DNA of 64,000 nt from a virus, in IMG/VR virus record IMGVR_UViG_3300045988_066341; one strand, 5' to 3'. The translations under genes and the position numbers were made by a program. Positions 28,310 through 38,577 of this stretch are shown one piece after another (position 1 is the first letter of the stretch; each line of letters starts with the position of its first letter). A model generated the notes under the pieces. It worked only from the letters and a program-made list of their open reading frames with translations, had not been told where the DNA came from and ran no database searches.

Positions 28310-29467
28310 TTATACACTCTTTGATCCACTCAGATCAAGGAAGTTAGCTTCTATAGTATCGTTATCGATATTATTTTTATTCTGCTTTCCTCCCTTATTG
28401 CCAGAAAGAAGAGTGATGGTCTTCTTATTGACCTCCATCTTAGCCTTGTTAGTCTTCTGTTTAAGGAACTCGTCCTTATTCATCAAGAACAAAGCCAGAT
28501 CAGCGGCCATGTCCGGATTCTTGATAGCCTCCGAATAAGCTTTATCTATAGCCGTATGACCTTGATTGTCTATCGGCTTGGTAACGAAATCGACAGCCTT
28601 ACCTATCATCGTGTCAGTCAACTGAAATCCTGAGCTTATAGATGTCTTTAGACCTTTCTTATAGACTTTCATCTGCTCAACTAACTCCTGTCTCCTTTTC
28701 TCGGACTTCTTTTTCTCCTCCTCGATAAGGTTATCCATCTCCTTTTTCAGGATATCATGGAATTTATTTGCCTTGGACTCAATAAACTCATCACCCTTGC
28801 CAATCATCATCTCCATATTATCCTTTATCTCGTCTTCCGGCATACCCAACATCTTATAATAATGCTGGATGACCGCAAGCTGATCATTTCTGTTGTTCAT
28901 ATCAAGGTTGTCCAACGGAGCCTGAATACTCTGATATTGGCTTAATAGTTGGCCAACGTTACCACCGGCCTTATCCACCTCTATCATCTTCTTCATGAAA
29001 TCAGACATCGAGCCGGTATCAACCTTATCCTTTAACAACTCATCAGCCTTATCCTTGATCAACCCCTCCACTATATCAAGTAAATCATCTTCTTTTGTGA
29101 TAGTAGAAAGATCGACTGGCTTATCATCTACCATAATATCAAGGTTATCGATACTGTCAATGATACCTCTGGCGGCCATCTTTTCCAAGAAAGATTTCCC
29201 GTTAAAACCTGACACCACGTTATTATTATCAGTACCGCCTTCGCCAAAGGAATCCGGGTCTGGGTTGGTAGCGTCGCCGCCCTTATCCCCGCCACCGTCA
29301 GCCGCTCCGCCGTCGGCAGGCTCTTCCTTGGTATCACCTATAGGATTACCATCCTTATCATATTTACCCTCGATATTATTCTTATCGCCATCACCGTCAC
29401 CACGGTAAAAAAGTTCCTCGACACTCATGGTCTTAAAACCCTTAGCGAAATCACCCATGTCATTCAT
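28310..29467 (-). CDS. Scaffolding-like protein
   Basis: 385 aa. Acidic Gly/Asp-rich N-terminus and long charged helical regions. Lies between portal and MCP. TAATTTTG motif 24 nt upstream. Confidence 0.5.
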   Translation of the reverse strand: MNDMGDFAKGFKTMSVEELFYRGDGDGDKNNIEGKYDKDGNPIGDTKEEPADGGAADGGGDKGGDATNPDPDSFGEGGTDNNNVVSGFNGKSFLEKMAARGIIDSIDNLDIMVDDKPVDLSTITKEDDLLDIVEGLIKDKADELLKDKVDTGSMSDFMKKMIEVDKAGGNVGQLLSQYQSIQAPLDNLDMNNRNDQLAVIQHYYKMLGMPEDEIKDNMEMMIGKGDEFIESKANKFHDILKKEMDNLIEEEKKKSEKRRQELVEQMKVYKKGLKTSISSGFQLTDTMIGKAVDFVTKPIDNQGHTAIDKAYSEAIKNPDMAADLALFLMNKDEFLKQKTNKAKMEVNKKTITLLSGNKGGKQNKNNIDNDTIEANFLDLSGSKSV

Positions 29468-29490
29468 ACAATTTCCTTTTTTGCTTTTTA

Positions 29491-29498
29491 CAAAATTA
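29491..29498 (-). promoter_or_regulatory. TAATTTTG promoter motif
   Basis: 23 nt upstream of ATG 29467. Confidence 0.45.
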
Positions 29499-29601
29499 TC
29501 ATTAATCTAATTACCAATTAAATCAAACCCATTATAGTATATGACAGAATTTTACGCCAAAATGATTACAGATTTTGTAAAAATATTTACAAAACTTGTA
29601 A

Positions 29602-32364
29602 TCAATTCTTGTTTATTATTGACGTAAACCTATCTGTATCAGAACGTTTGTTCCTAGCATCTATCTCCTTTTCCTTTAATTCCAACTTCCTTTTCTCTAT
29701 CTCCTCACGAGATCTTCGCTCAGCCTCGGCATTAGCCTGTCTGGTTCTCATATCCTCTTCCTTGATATCAAGATCTCTTTCCCTTAAAGCCCTATCAGCC
29801 ATAGCCTCGACATAATCCATGCCTTCCGAGTTGTTCTCGGTCATAGCCGCTTGACCGGCGGCCATTATGCTCTTACCTCGTAAGTCGAAGTTGCCCTTGA
29901 TATAAGCCAGTTCCTTATCCTTCTCATGCTCATCATTACGAGCCTGTTGATCGGCCTCAGCTTGCTGCTGGACAAGTCGCTGTTGATTCTGGTATTCTTC
30001 CTGCCTTACACGATCGGCGTAAGATCTAGCATCCCTTCCGATCTGATTCATCTCAGCCGTTGAGTTGGCGCTCATCATCCTAGTGATATCAAGTAAGTCA
30101 TTACCTAACGTATTTGTCTGTAATATATATTGTTTCAAATTCTCCAATTCCAGACGTTTCTTGGAATTAGAGACAGCCATAACATTAAGATGACGTAACG
30201 ACAAGCTATTATCCGTAAGACTGATGTAAGCCAAGGAAAGATCGCTGTTCCTGTACATCACGGTCCAATCGTATCCTTCCTTCTGGCATACTTGAGCCAC
30301 GGCTAGATGAATATCCAATGTCCGTTTCTTGAAGTCATCGAAATCATTAAAGTAAGTCTGGGTCTGTAACATGGTAGCGTTAACCCCCTGTTTTACGCCC
30401 GTAGAACTCTCGTATCTGGTTGACTGACCCATTGCCTGTTCGGATATACCTATCATCCTATAAGCCATCATATAGGCGTAAGAAGCCATTTCCATACGGG
30501 ATCTTATCTGATCCGTATTAGTAAGATCATATACACCAAACTGGTTATATATGCTACTCATCTGCGGATTCTGGTAAGGATTATTCGTATCATTACCACC
30601 TACACCCATAAACGATACAGACTTAACGATCTGCATAAAAGTAGCTAAAGCGCCCTTCTTGTCCATCATATCCTTATATTCAGTAGGCAGGAATCCCAAG
30701 TCACCTAAGAAGAACTTACCGATCTCCTTCTCGGCGTTATTGTATAGCTGATTCATAGCAAGGTTATACATCATCTGGAACGGTTGTATGCGATCAGCGA
30801 GACTGGCCCCTATAAATCCAGAAACCGGAATGACATAATCATACAGACTGCTGTCACCATGTATCTGATGAGGTATTGGATCCCCACCAATATATATAGG
30901 CTTATCCATTAAATTACCTCCGGTGATCTTAACGCCAAACCTAACCTCAGGAACATACTCCAAGATGTAGGTGTTCACCTCAGGATCACCAACGGCTTCG
31001 GCCATAACCCTCTTCACTTTCTTGATACCGTTCTTCTCCAAGAACTCCGGGAGCAGCTCATCGGTAACAAGCTCCTGATCCACCATCCCAGTCTCCGTCA
31101 TGTAAGTTATTAAGAATACCGGTTTCATGGATACCCAATATCCCTCCATAACCCTAAAAAGGCGGGAATCTATCTCATATCTCTTGCCATCGGCCATTCC
31201 GGAGTTGAAATATCCAAAGGGATGGAAGCGGGGCAAGAAGCGGGGCTGGGTGTGCTCCTCCCCGTCCGGCCCGAAGGTGTGGTACTCACCCATCGGAACG
31301 CCGTAGTAATCCTCAGCGGCGACTATAGATTCATAGTCATGGTATCCCTTCCATGGGACAACCTCATTCTCGTACATACCGGTAATAGACGGCTTCTTTT
31401 TCTTCCAGTCATACCTAGTACCGTCATTAGATACCCACCCCTCATAATCATCATCACCGCCCATAATACGACGCTTGTCCTTGGCCGTCATCTTATGGCC
31501 GTATCTTGATATCAGCTCAACACCCTCGTAATAATGAATACGGCCCACATAAGATCCGTATTGCGGGTATTTCACGTCAGGATGGAAAACCTCCATCGGG
31601 CTCCATACCTCCGGACGATAGTAGTCGAAGCCAACGAAATGATTACGGAACATCTTTCCGCTAAGAAGACGATCCCGGAAATTCTCCCTGTCAAGCTCAT
31701 CCATATAAAACCGGCTACGGTCGGCCTCGATCGTATGATCCCCCCATACCGCCGCCTGCGTCTTCCATCTTGTACTCATGAACCTCTGGATATCATCAGG
31801 GGTCATAGACGCCTTGACCTGTTGTATTTGCCGAACGTAAGCCTGACGATCCTCCTCGGAATTAAACTCATTGTACGTAGGATCAAGACCGGCCTCTACA
31901 AGACGCTGATTAACGATAATATCCCACTGTTCTTGTATATGACGATGAAGTAAGTTTGACATCGTATCCTCATACTCACTTATAGCCATATCCCCTACCT
32001 CGTTAACCGTATACTTATCCTGTAGGTTTGTCAGCCATCCCTCAAAAGCGTTTACGATACCACCTATGATATCATAATGCTTCAAGAAAGAAGGGATTCT
32101 TATATCGCTCCTTAGCTTCTGTACGTTCCTTAACTGAGGGATGACATCCGCCATCTCCATAAAAGATAACTTACCATCCGCCATCAGATAATAGTCACGG
32201 TACATCTGGTTGCGATCATACTGTTTCAATCCTATCGCCTCAAGAGCGTCCATACAATCCTCTTTCCACTTCCTGTTCTTTTTCTTCGTGGAAATAGCCT
32301 GAGGAGGTAATCCTAATAACGCTCCTTTTGCTGGAAACGAATGATCTCTATTAAACACTTCCAT
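29602..32364 (-). CDS. Portal protein (putative)
   Basis: 920 aa, immediately downstream of TerL, with a long charged helical C-terminus. TATCTTTG motif 23 nt upstream. Confidence 0.65.
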   Translation of the reverse strand: MEVFNRDHSFPAKGALLGLPPQAISTKKKNRKWKEDCMDALEAIGLKQYDRNQMYRDYYLMADGKLSFMEMADVIPQLRNVQKLRSDIRIPSFLKHYDIIGGIVNAFEGWLTNLQDKYTVNEVGDMAISEYEDTMSNLLHRHIQEQWDIIVNQRLVEAGLDPTYNEFNSEEDRQAYVRQIQQVKASMTPDDIQRFMSTRWKTQAAVWGDHTIEADRSRFYMDELDRENFRDRLLSGKMFRNHFVGFDYYRPEVWSPMEVFHPDVKYPQYGSYVGRIHYYEGVELISRYGHKMTAKDKRRIMGGDDDYEGWVSNDGTRYDWKKKKPSITGMYENEVVPWKGYHDYESIVAAEDYYGVPMGEYHTFGPDGEEHTQPRFLPRFHPFGYFNSGMADGKRYEIDSRLFRVMEGYWVSMKPVFLITYMTETGMVDQELVTDELLPEFLEKNGIKKVKRVMAEAVGDPEVNTYILEYVPEVRFGVKITGGNLMDKPIYIGGDPIPHQIHGDSSLYDYVIPVSGFIGASLADRIQPFQMMYNLAMNQLYNNAEKEIGKFFLGDLGFLPTEYKDMMDKKGALATFMQIVKSVSFMGVGGNDTNNPYQNPQMSSIYNQFGVYDLTNTDQIRSRMEMASYAYMMAYRMIGISEQAMGQSTRYESSTGVKQGVNATMLQTQTYFNDFDDFKKRTLDIHLAVAQVCQKEGYDWTVMYRNSDLSLAYISLTDNSLSLRHLNVMAVSNSKKRLELENLKQYILQTNTLGNDLLDITRMMSANSTAEMNQIGRDARSYADRVRQEEYQNQQRLVQQQAEADQQARNDEHEKDKELAYIKGNFDLRGKSIMAAGQAAMTENNSEGMDYVEAMADRALRERDLDIKEEDMRTRQANAEAERRSREEIEKRKLELKEKEIDARNKRSDTDRFTSIINKN

Positions 32365-32386
32365 GATTATTCAATTTTATTTACAA

Positions 32387-32394
32387 CAAAGATA
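32387..32394 (-). promoter_or_regulatory. TATCTTTG promoter motif
   Basis: 22 nt upstream of ATG 32364. Confidence 0.5.
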
Positions 32395-32414
32395 GGCGTT
32401 TAATTGACATTCAT

Positions 32415-35400
32415 TTACCTAAAAGCTCCTATAGATACCGATCCAAAGGCAGAGGCATATACCTCATGGTGTTTATAAGCGTCTTCCTTGCGGGCATTAT
32501 TCATCTCCTCGATCTTCGATTTAGGCATGTAATTGTTATCGTCAAAATATCTGGAGAGAACCAACGCATGCCCGAACGCTATTATCCTATCGACGTTCAA
32601 TCCGGGCTTGTACTGTATTATCTCATCCAGTAGGGCTATATCATCAATCAACTCAATACCCTTGACAGTTATATCAAGACCAGTCTGATCATCATAACCA
32701 ATAACGAAATCCTGCCAGCAATAATCCACGACGCACGAGAATAGCAGGTTCTGGTTGCCGGGGGTAGGGTATAGCCCCAGCTTGCTGTTCTGCCGGGAGC
32801 CGGCCTTCACATACTTATTGGCTATTGCCTCACCAGCAAACAGAAAGAAAGACGCTGGCATACCACTTTTACGGTTAAGATACTGCTCATACATCTGGTC
32901 AGCGTTCTCCATAAGACATATAGCACCATATCCTTTCTGAAGCACCTCGCACGTACGGCAAAACTGATCTATGGATGATGGGCGGGATACGTATGAAGCC
33001 ACTATTCTATAGGCATAAGGATCTCGAATACCAACACGTCTCTTGAATACATAAAAAGCACCTAATGAAGGGGTATCAGACTTGGCCTGTTTATAAGGGT
33101 CGCAATTGTGAACAGATATATTCCTTAATAAATAATTATTCGTATCACATTCAAAATTATACACAGGACCGGTATACTTTTCTTTAGTTATAGATGATAT
33201 CCTGACATATATATACTTATTATCATTACTAATAAATATACCTGTGGAAGGACTTTTTCTTGTGCTGGTATCCATACATACTTTAGACAATTTAGATATA
33301 TAATCAGGAGTTAATGTCTCAACCAACTTCATGAAATACACAGTATAGTTATGGCCTATCCTTAAATGATAACATGATCTTTGAGATTTAACCTTATTGC
33401 CATCTATATATTCAGCCCTATTTTTTTTCATTATGGATATACCTCCAACTACTCCAAGAGATAACAATATATCCTGTATACCCTCAAGAAGATCCATACT
33501 GACACTTACGAAATCCATGCCCGAATAATTGCGAAAATCATTATGGATAGATCCATCCGTATCCAGATATCCATGAATTAAACTAACCTTCATGCTAAAC
33601 GGGAGGTATTTAGCAAATTCAGGAATATATTTACCATAACAATATTTACCAAAATTATTAACAAGCCACTCGCTTAGATAAACATGCTTAAAATTTAATT
33701 CCCAATTACCCTTCCTGCATCTCTCCGAAGGCTTAATACCAAAAAGATTATCTATAACCTTGTAATACCTATCCCTCTCTTCTGGATAGTCAAAACAAAT
33801 AGCCATCTGTACACGACACTGCTTATCAATCCATCCATTCCCTAGCCACATCCCGACAAACCACCAAAAATCATCAGAAAGCATATAATCCCTAAATCCC
33901 GGAATATCCATCCTTTCTTCGGCATACATATTTGGGATCCTTGTCCACTGTCCCTCTTTTATATCCTTGACAGGTATGTAATCAAACTTGAATAAATCTT
34001 CCCTAACCCTTCTCCCTACGGTCTTATGATCAGAAACAAAAATAGGATGATCAGAAGTAAATCTATTTATTCTTACGCCATTATACATCTTTATCGAATA
34101 AAGATCCTCTTCGACCATATTTCTGACAAGTCTCTTGCGTATCCTAACATTATCCCCTTCATTATTAACCAAGAAATCATCATAGTCAACATCCTCTACA
34201 TTCTTATATCCATCAGGGGTCAACACCCTTTCTCCGGGAGGCATACATCCTGCGACATAAATAAAATCATCAAACCTATTAGATTGAGGCATCTCAAATA
34301 TCTGGACAGGAGCGTCAATAACACCGCCGCTAAACGGGAAACCAGCCAATTGCTTATTCGATTTAGTAGTACCAAGCTTATTTCCCGATTCAAGAAAAAC
34401 ATCACACAACATGCCGCTATATTGCCCTGACTCAAGAAGATCATTCTTATGCTTGATAGCGTACTCGACCGGAAATAGGTTCTGGGATGAGCTTAAAAAA
34501 CAGTCGTCAATCGTAAATGGATAGAACATGGTATGAGAGGTATAAGCTACCCTATCTTTCGTAGATAGCTTCTTCCGTTCCTCGTTAAGCTTATTGGTAC
34601 TGGCTTCAAAATCCGTGGCATCAATCTTAATCTTATTAAGCTTCTTGTCATCAGGCTTACCAAGATAATCGCCCAATCCTATAGTTCTCTTAACACCGGA
34701 GTTAGCCATCTGACCGGGAACGAACATCGCCCATTTCCGTTCTTTCCATGTTTTCCCTTTCATGGCTCTACGATTTAAAATATCCCAGTCCATAACCAGA
34801 AGATTGTAGGTCTCAGGATCAGAAAACATTTCTTGAGCGTCCTTGGATAATTCTACCTCACCACCAGTACCAGCCAAGATAGGGCTAAGACGCCAGCCGT
34901 AAGGAGTGTCGTAGGAAGGCATAGCGGCAGTGTACGGCTTCTTGATAGGTCCCTTACCAACCTCGTCGAAAATAGCCGTAGCCGGTGTCAAACCAGCCGT
35001 CTTCTGAGTGGAGGTCTTCCTACCCATGTTGATGTTGGCTATAGAGATAATGGCATGGATATCACGTACGCCATTGGACATCCTCTTGCCTAATGTAACG
35101 CCCGAACTCCAGTCGGTCTTGGTCCTGTTGATCCTGAAAAAAGGATGCACATGATCAAGACCATACTCACAATACTCACCTATATTAGATAAATCGCTAT
35201 CGCTGAAACCTACCACGGAATGGCTAAGCCCGATCGTCATGGTAGCGTTCATCTGGAGAAGTGATGACATGATGGTCGTATTATGGGATACGACAAAATT
35301 GGTAGTAAGAAACTGATGAGATTTATTATCTACCTCAATACAAGTAGCCTTATACTTCCCGTAATAATCTATATCGGATATCCTAAGTCTGTTATGGGTC

Positions 35401-36347
35401 TTGGATATATACATATCATCGCCATCCATGACGCAATAATATCCCATAGACCAGAATATTCTTCTTACGAAGGATATAATATACTCACTTTTGTAAACGA
35501 CCTTAAAACGATCGTCACCAGTACTTATGCCGCAAGCTATCTTCATGAATGAGCTTATAAACAACTCCTTCTGTTTTTTGGATGAATAAATAATATCATC
35601 CATCTCCTTATTGCTTAACTCGAAGATCCTGTCGGTAGATCCACAAAGGAAAGAGGCGGTCAGAGACCCAAGGAGCTGGGGCGACATCAGCCACCGCCGC
35701 TCGGGGAAATCCACGGCCTCCCCTATGTCTATAGTCATCTTCTGGAAGTCAGAGTGGATGATACCCATAGTGCTCATGACTTTATAATCACCATGATATT
35801 TAACCTTCCACTGATGTTGACCGCAACATACTATACTGCGCCCGTCCTCAAACGTCACCTTATACATATCAACGAACCCTTGAGGGTATACGCCTACTAT
35901 AGTCGTAAGCTTACCATCATCGCCATATATGATATCCCCGATATCAGCGAACCCTATCTTCTTAGGTCCATAAGGAGTATATATCAGCTCCGAGTCCAGA
36001 AGGGCCTTCCCAAAACGACGGGTACCGAACATCCCCAGCCCTTTCTTCTCCTGACGGGCACGTTGGTACATCTCAGCGAAAAACCATTCATTATCACGTA
36101 ACCGGCTGATAGCAGGAACACGCTCCCCATTTGGAAGATCTTGAAATACGGGAAAGAAATTAACATGCCAATAAAGCCATGGCGGGATGAACGTACCGTT
36201 GATAGTCACCCCGTTCTTGACCTTATAAGCCTCCTCCGTGAAGAACTGCTTAACATCATCATCTTGATCCTCCCAGCCGAACAAATCGTTCCACACTGGA
36301 GGATTCTTCATGTTTACATAAAATTCTGGACTCGTGCTTAAACTCAT
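32415..36347 (-). CDS. terL: Terminase large subunit interrupted by two inteins (687-aa extein)
   Basis: Walker A GTRRFGK|..|T is split by intein 1. Walker B AIFDEVGKG. Nuclease motif IYVAG|..|CDPY is split by intein 2. 1310 aa in total. Confidence 0.85.
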   Translation of the reverse strand: MSLSTSPEFYVNMKNPPVWNDLFGWEDQDDDVKQFFTEEAYKVKNGVTINGTFIPPWLYWHVNFFPVFQDLPNGERVPAISRLRDNEWFFAEMYQRARQEKKGLGMFGTRRFGKALLDSELIYTPYGPKKIGFADIGDIIYGDDGKLTTIVGVYPQGFVDMYKVTFEDGRSIVCCGQHQWKVKYHGDYKVMSTMGIIHSDFQKMTIDIGEAVDFPERRWLMSPQLLGSLTASFLCGSTDRIFELSNKEMDDIIYSSKKQKELFISSFMKIACGISTGDDRFKVVYKSEYIISFVRRIFWSMGYYCVMDGDDMYISKTHNRLRISDIDYYGKYKATCIEVDNKSHQFLTTNFVVSHNTTIMSSLLQMNATMTIGLSHSVVGFSDSDLSNIGEYCEYGLDHVHPFFRINRTKTDWSSGVTLGKRMSNGVRDIHAIISIANINMGRKTSTQKTAGLTPATAIFDEVGKGPIKKPYTAAMPSYDTPYGWRLSPILAGTGGEVELSKDAQEMFSDPETYNLLVMDWDILNRRAMKGKTWKERKWAMFVPGQMANSGVKRTIGLGDYLGKPDDKKLNKIKIDATDFEASTNKLNEERKKLSTKDRVAYTSHTMFYPFTIDDCFLSSSQNLFPVEYAIKHKNDLLESGQYSGMLCDVFLESGNKLGTTKSNKQLAGFPFSGGVIDAPVQIFEMPQSNRFDDFIYVAGCMPPGERVLTPDGYKNVEDVDYDDFLVNNEGDNVRIRKRLVRNMVEEDLYSIKMYNGVRINRFTSDHPIFVSDHKTVGRRVREDLFKFDYIPVKDIKEGQWTRIPNMYAEERMDIPGFRDYMLSDDFWWFVGMWLGNGWIDKQCRVQMAICFDYPEERDRYYKVIDNLFGIKPSERCRKGNWELNFKHVYLSEWLVNNFGKYCYGKYIPEFAKYLPFSMKVSLIHGYLDTDGSIHNDFRNYSGMDFVSVSMDLLEGIQDILLSLGVVGGISIMKKNRAEYIDGNKVKSQRSCYHLRIGHNYTVYFMKLVETLTPDYISKLSKVCMDTSTRKSPSTGIFISNDNKYIYVRISSITKEKYTGPVYNFECDTNNYLLRNISVHNCDPYKQAKSDTPSLGAFYVFKRRVGIRDPYAYRIVASYVSRPSSIDQFCRTCEVLQKGYGAICLMENADQMYEQYLNRKSGMPASFFLFAGEAIANKYVKAGSRQNSKLGLYPTPGNQNLLFSCVVDYCWQDFVIGYDDQTGLDITVKGIELIDDIALLDEIIQYKPGLNVDRIIAFGHALVLSRYFDDNNYMPKSKIEEMNNARKEDAYKHHEVYASAFGSVSIGAFR
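33105..34247 (-). mobile_element. Intein 2 (381 aa) with LAGLIDADG homing-endonuclease domain, at the TerL nuclease motif
   Basis: CMPPGERVLTPDG...ISVHN|C. Block B is TSDH. LAGLIDADG-like motifs FVGMWLGNGWI and LIHGYLDTDGSI. Junction codons were checked. Confidence 0.8.
35280..36005 (-). mobile_element. Intein 1 (242 aa) in the TerL P-loop, class-3-like
   Basis: Starts with Ala (ALLDSELIY), ends VVSHN|T. Block B is GRSIVCCGQHQW (His then Trp at +2). Block F is ATCIEV with Cys where class-1 inteins have Asp. Junction codons were checked on the sequence. Confidence 0.7.
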
Positions 36348-36664
36348 GATCGCATATTTTTTAATACGGATTCTATACCACCGGAAACCTGTCCCTTACG
36401 TTCCTTCTTCTGGACATTGCTTACACTCCTGTATACATCCATAATCCCACTCTTCTCCATATACGAGTCATTCCATACGTTGATCTTATCGATCAGCTTG
36501 GATATGAAATCGAACGCCCTAGCCATATCCTCAGGCTTCTCCTTATCCCATGGATGCTTGGCGATATACGTCTTGGCGTCATCCACGGCCTTGGATATGA
36601 CCTCAAGATTATCGTTTACCCGATCGACGTCCTTACTCGTCGGCTTTCGTCTTCCCTGTGGCAT
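36344..36664 (-). CDS. Hypothetical protein, possible small terminase subunit (by position only)
   Basis: 106 aa with an ATGA overlap with terL. Confidence 0.3.
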   Translation of the reverse strand: MPQGRRKPTSKDVDRVNDNLEVISKAVDDAKTYIAKHPWDKEKPEDMARAFDFISKLIDKINVWNDSYMEKSGIMDVYRSVSNVQKKERKGQVSGGIESVLKNMRS

Positions 36665-37187
36665 TGGCTTTCATATCCTTAAACTCGTTATACTGTTTCA
36701 TAAGAAGCTCATAAGATTGAACAACCCCGATCTTACTTACTTCCGTCACGCTCATGTCATGGAACATATCCTCAAGCTCCTTGTCAGCATATCTAAGACG
36801 TTCCTTGTCATCATAAAACACGAATCCAGACGTTCTGTCTTCTATAATGCTCTTGGCGGTGGACGCATATGTCGTATCTAAATCCAGATCCATACCGAAG
36901 CTGGTAGCCAACTGGATTATGAACATCAACCTAGAATTGACTTTTACAGCCTCTATATTCAACATCTGTATCTTATGGGTCATCTCATGAAGAACGACAA
37001 AATCCTCCTCTTTTATCAACGAGGATGATTTAAGGGCTATCTTCTTAGTCCTATCCTCAATATCGCTATACAAACGCTTGCTCTCACGTTTTATAGCTAT
37101 CCAATGCCTTATATGGGTATCCGCCTCTTCTTTAAGATAATCCCTGATCTCTTTTTTGATATCCTTATCCTCTTCCATTATAATCAC
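36633..37187 (-). CDS. Hypothetical protein
   Basis: 184-aa helical, charged ORF in the operon. Confidence 0.5.
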   Translation of the reverse strand: MIIMEEDKDIKKEIRDYLKEEADTHIRHWIAIKRESKRLYSDIEDRTKKIALKSSSLIKEEDFVVLHEMTHKIQMLNIEAVKVNSRLMFIIQLATSFGMDLDLDTTYASTAKSIIEDRTSGFVFYDDKERLRYADKELEDMFHDMSVTEVSKIGVVQSYELLMKQYNEFKDMKANATGKTKADE

Positions 37188-37432
37188 ACGTTATAATCAT
37201 TATTATTTAATTCAATCTCATCACTGATGCTTTGGTCTATAGACCTCAATAAATCCCTGGTACTAACATCCCGCAAGAAGCGGACATTACCACCATTAGC
37301 CCTAGCTATCCTCCTTAAAGCGGAGTAAAGTATATCACCCAATGAATATTCAGGCAACTCACGGCATCCGACTTCCATGACAATAAGGGCATGGATACGG
37401 TCATCTATCTTGCTTCTTACGAGATTCCTCAT
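37184..37432 (-). CDS. Hypothetical small protein
   Basis: 82-aa ORF with a 4-nt overlap. Confidence 0.45.
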   Translation of the reverse strand: MRNLVRSKIDDRIHALIVMEVGCRELPEYSLGDILYSALRRIARANGGNVRFLRDVSTRDLLRSIDQSISDEIELNNNDYNV

Positions 37433-37436
37433 GGCA

Positions 37437-38135
37437 TTATTTATAAGCTTCCCCTATAATACGTAGCGGGAAATGTTTGAAATTACGTTCAGGATCGTCC
37501 TTCGTATAACCGGTAAGAGATAGGTGTTTCTCAAAATGACCTTCCGTATATTTTGAGGTATCTAACGTCATCCTAAATATAGTTCTATTCTCATTGTCAG
37601 GATGTTTGTTATATGACACGTTTCCTATACATCCACATGAAAGATGATGATCCTTGACATGGAAACCATCTTTATGGGTGATAAATAACACGATTTCTAT
37701 CTTATCACCTATTTTCTGATCAAAAATATTTAGATAAAACTCGCTCTCGTCATCCGTAAGTCCTATATCAAAGGAATCGTTAGGACACTCGATATTAAAA
37801 TCGTTATGATCGGCTGTTATCACCTCCATAGCATTCCATTTGGCTTTCTCTCCTTCCACGAACTTCAACGGGCATACCTCGGTCTTCATCCAAGCCTTCT
37901 CCTTGATAAAACAACCACACAACGAACATGCCTGTCTTCCCATCAATCTTTGCAGCAATACCTTAGCTGGTAACTTAAAGAAAGCTATATTAGAAGAGTT
38001 CTTAGGACATTTCTTGCATAAATCAAGACGATTCTTGTACCACTCCGGATAATCCTTCTCATCCTTAGGAATCCTGCCCAATAAACTATCTTCCCAAGCT
38101 TGGGCTATTACTTGGGCCTTACCAATTGTTTGCAT
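37437..38135 (-). CDS. Hypothetical Cys-cluster (zinc-binding?) protein
   Basis: 232 aa with CKKCPKN...CSLCGC...C clusters. Confidence 0.5.
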   Translation of the reverse strand: MQTIGKAQVIAQAWEDSLLGRIPKDEKDYPEWYKNRLDLCKKCPKNSSNIAFFKLPAKVLLQRLMGRQACSLCGCFIKEKAWMKTEVCPLKFVEGEKAKWNAMEVITADHNDFNIECPNDSFDIGLTDDESEFYLNIFDQKIGDKIEIVLFITHKDGFHVKDHHLSCGCIGNVSYNKHPDNENRTIFRMTLDTSKYTEGHFEKHLSLTGYTKDDPERNFKHFPLRIIGEAYK

Positions 38136-38136
38136 A

Positions 38137-38577
38137 TTATTTTTTAAATTGTTGTTGTTGAAAATCCTGTAACTGTTCCCATGTCATGCCATACCGGCAT
38201 TGGTACATAGCCTCATGATTGTCACGTGTAAGGGGATCTCCGTTCTTCAATCCCTCCATACCTTCTATCACCTTTATCTTCTTATCCAGGCAATCAAGCT
38301 CAATAGGCATCCTTTCGTCTGGATAACGATTACCCTCCTTGACATATATGCGACGTATCTTATCACGTCTTACACGCATCTCACGGAGATTGCAGATAAC
38401 GTATCCGATAAACGGTATCCTGATAGATATATTGTCGGTATATCTGGCGAGATGATGGATATAAGATACGGATGCTTTCATGCACCACTCGACCTGTTGC
38501 TTGGTATATTTTCCTCCAGATCTTCTCACCACCTCATCGACAATATCCCTGTCGAACGAAATAAGACTCCTATCCAT
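38137..38577 (-). CDS. Hypothetical protein
   Basis: 146-aa ORF with 1-nt spacing. Confidence 0.5.
   Translation of the reverse strand: MDRSLISFDRDIVDEVVRRSGGKYTKQQVEWCMKASVSYIHHLARYTDNISIRIPFIGYVICNLREMRVRRDKIRRIYVKEGNRYPDERMPIELDCLDKKIKVIEGMEGLKNGDPLTRDNHEAMYQCRYGMTWEQLQDFQQQQFKK

Noticed and set aside
29561-29590. AT-only inverted repeat TTTTGTAA-AAATAT-TTACAAAA after the portal gene, considered as a terminator
   Set aside because: The stem is pure A/T and very weak, and a TAATTTTG promoter motif lies nearby. The evidence is too weak to annotate.
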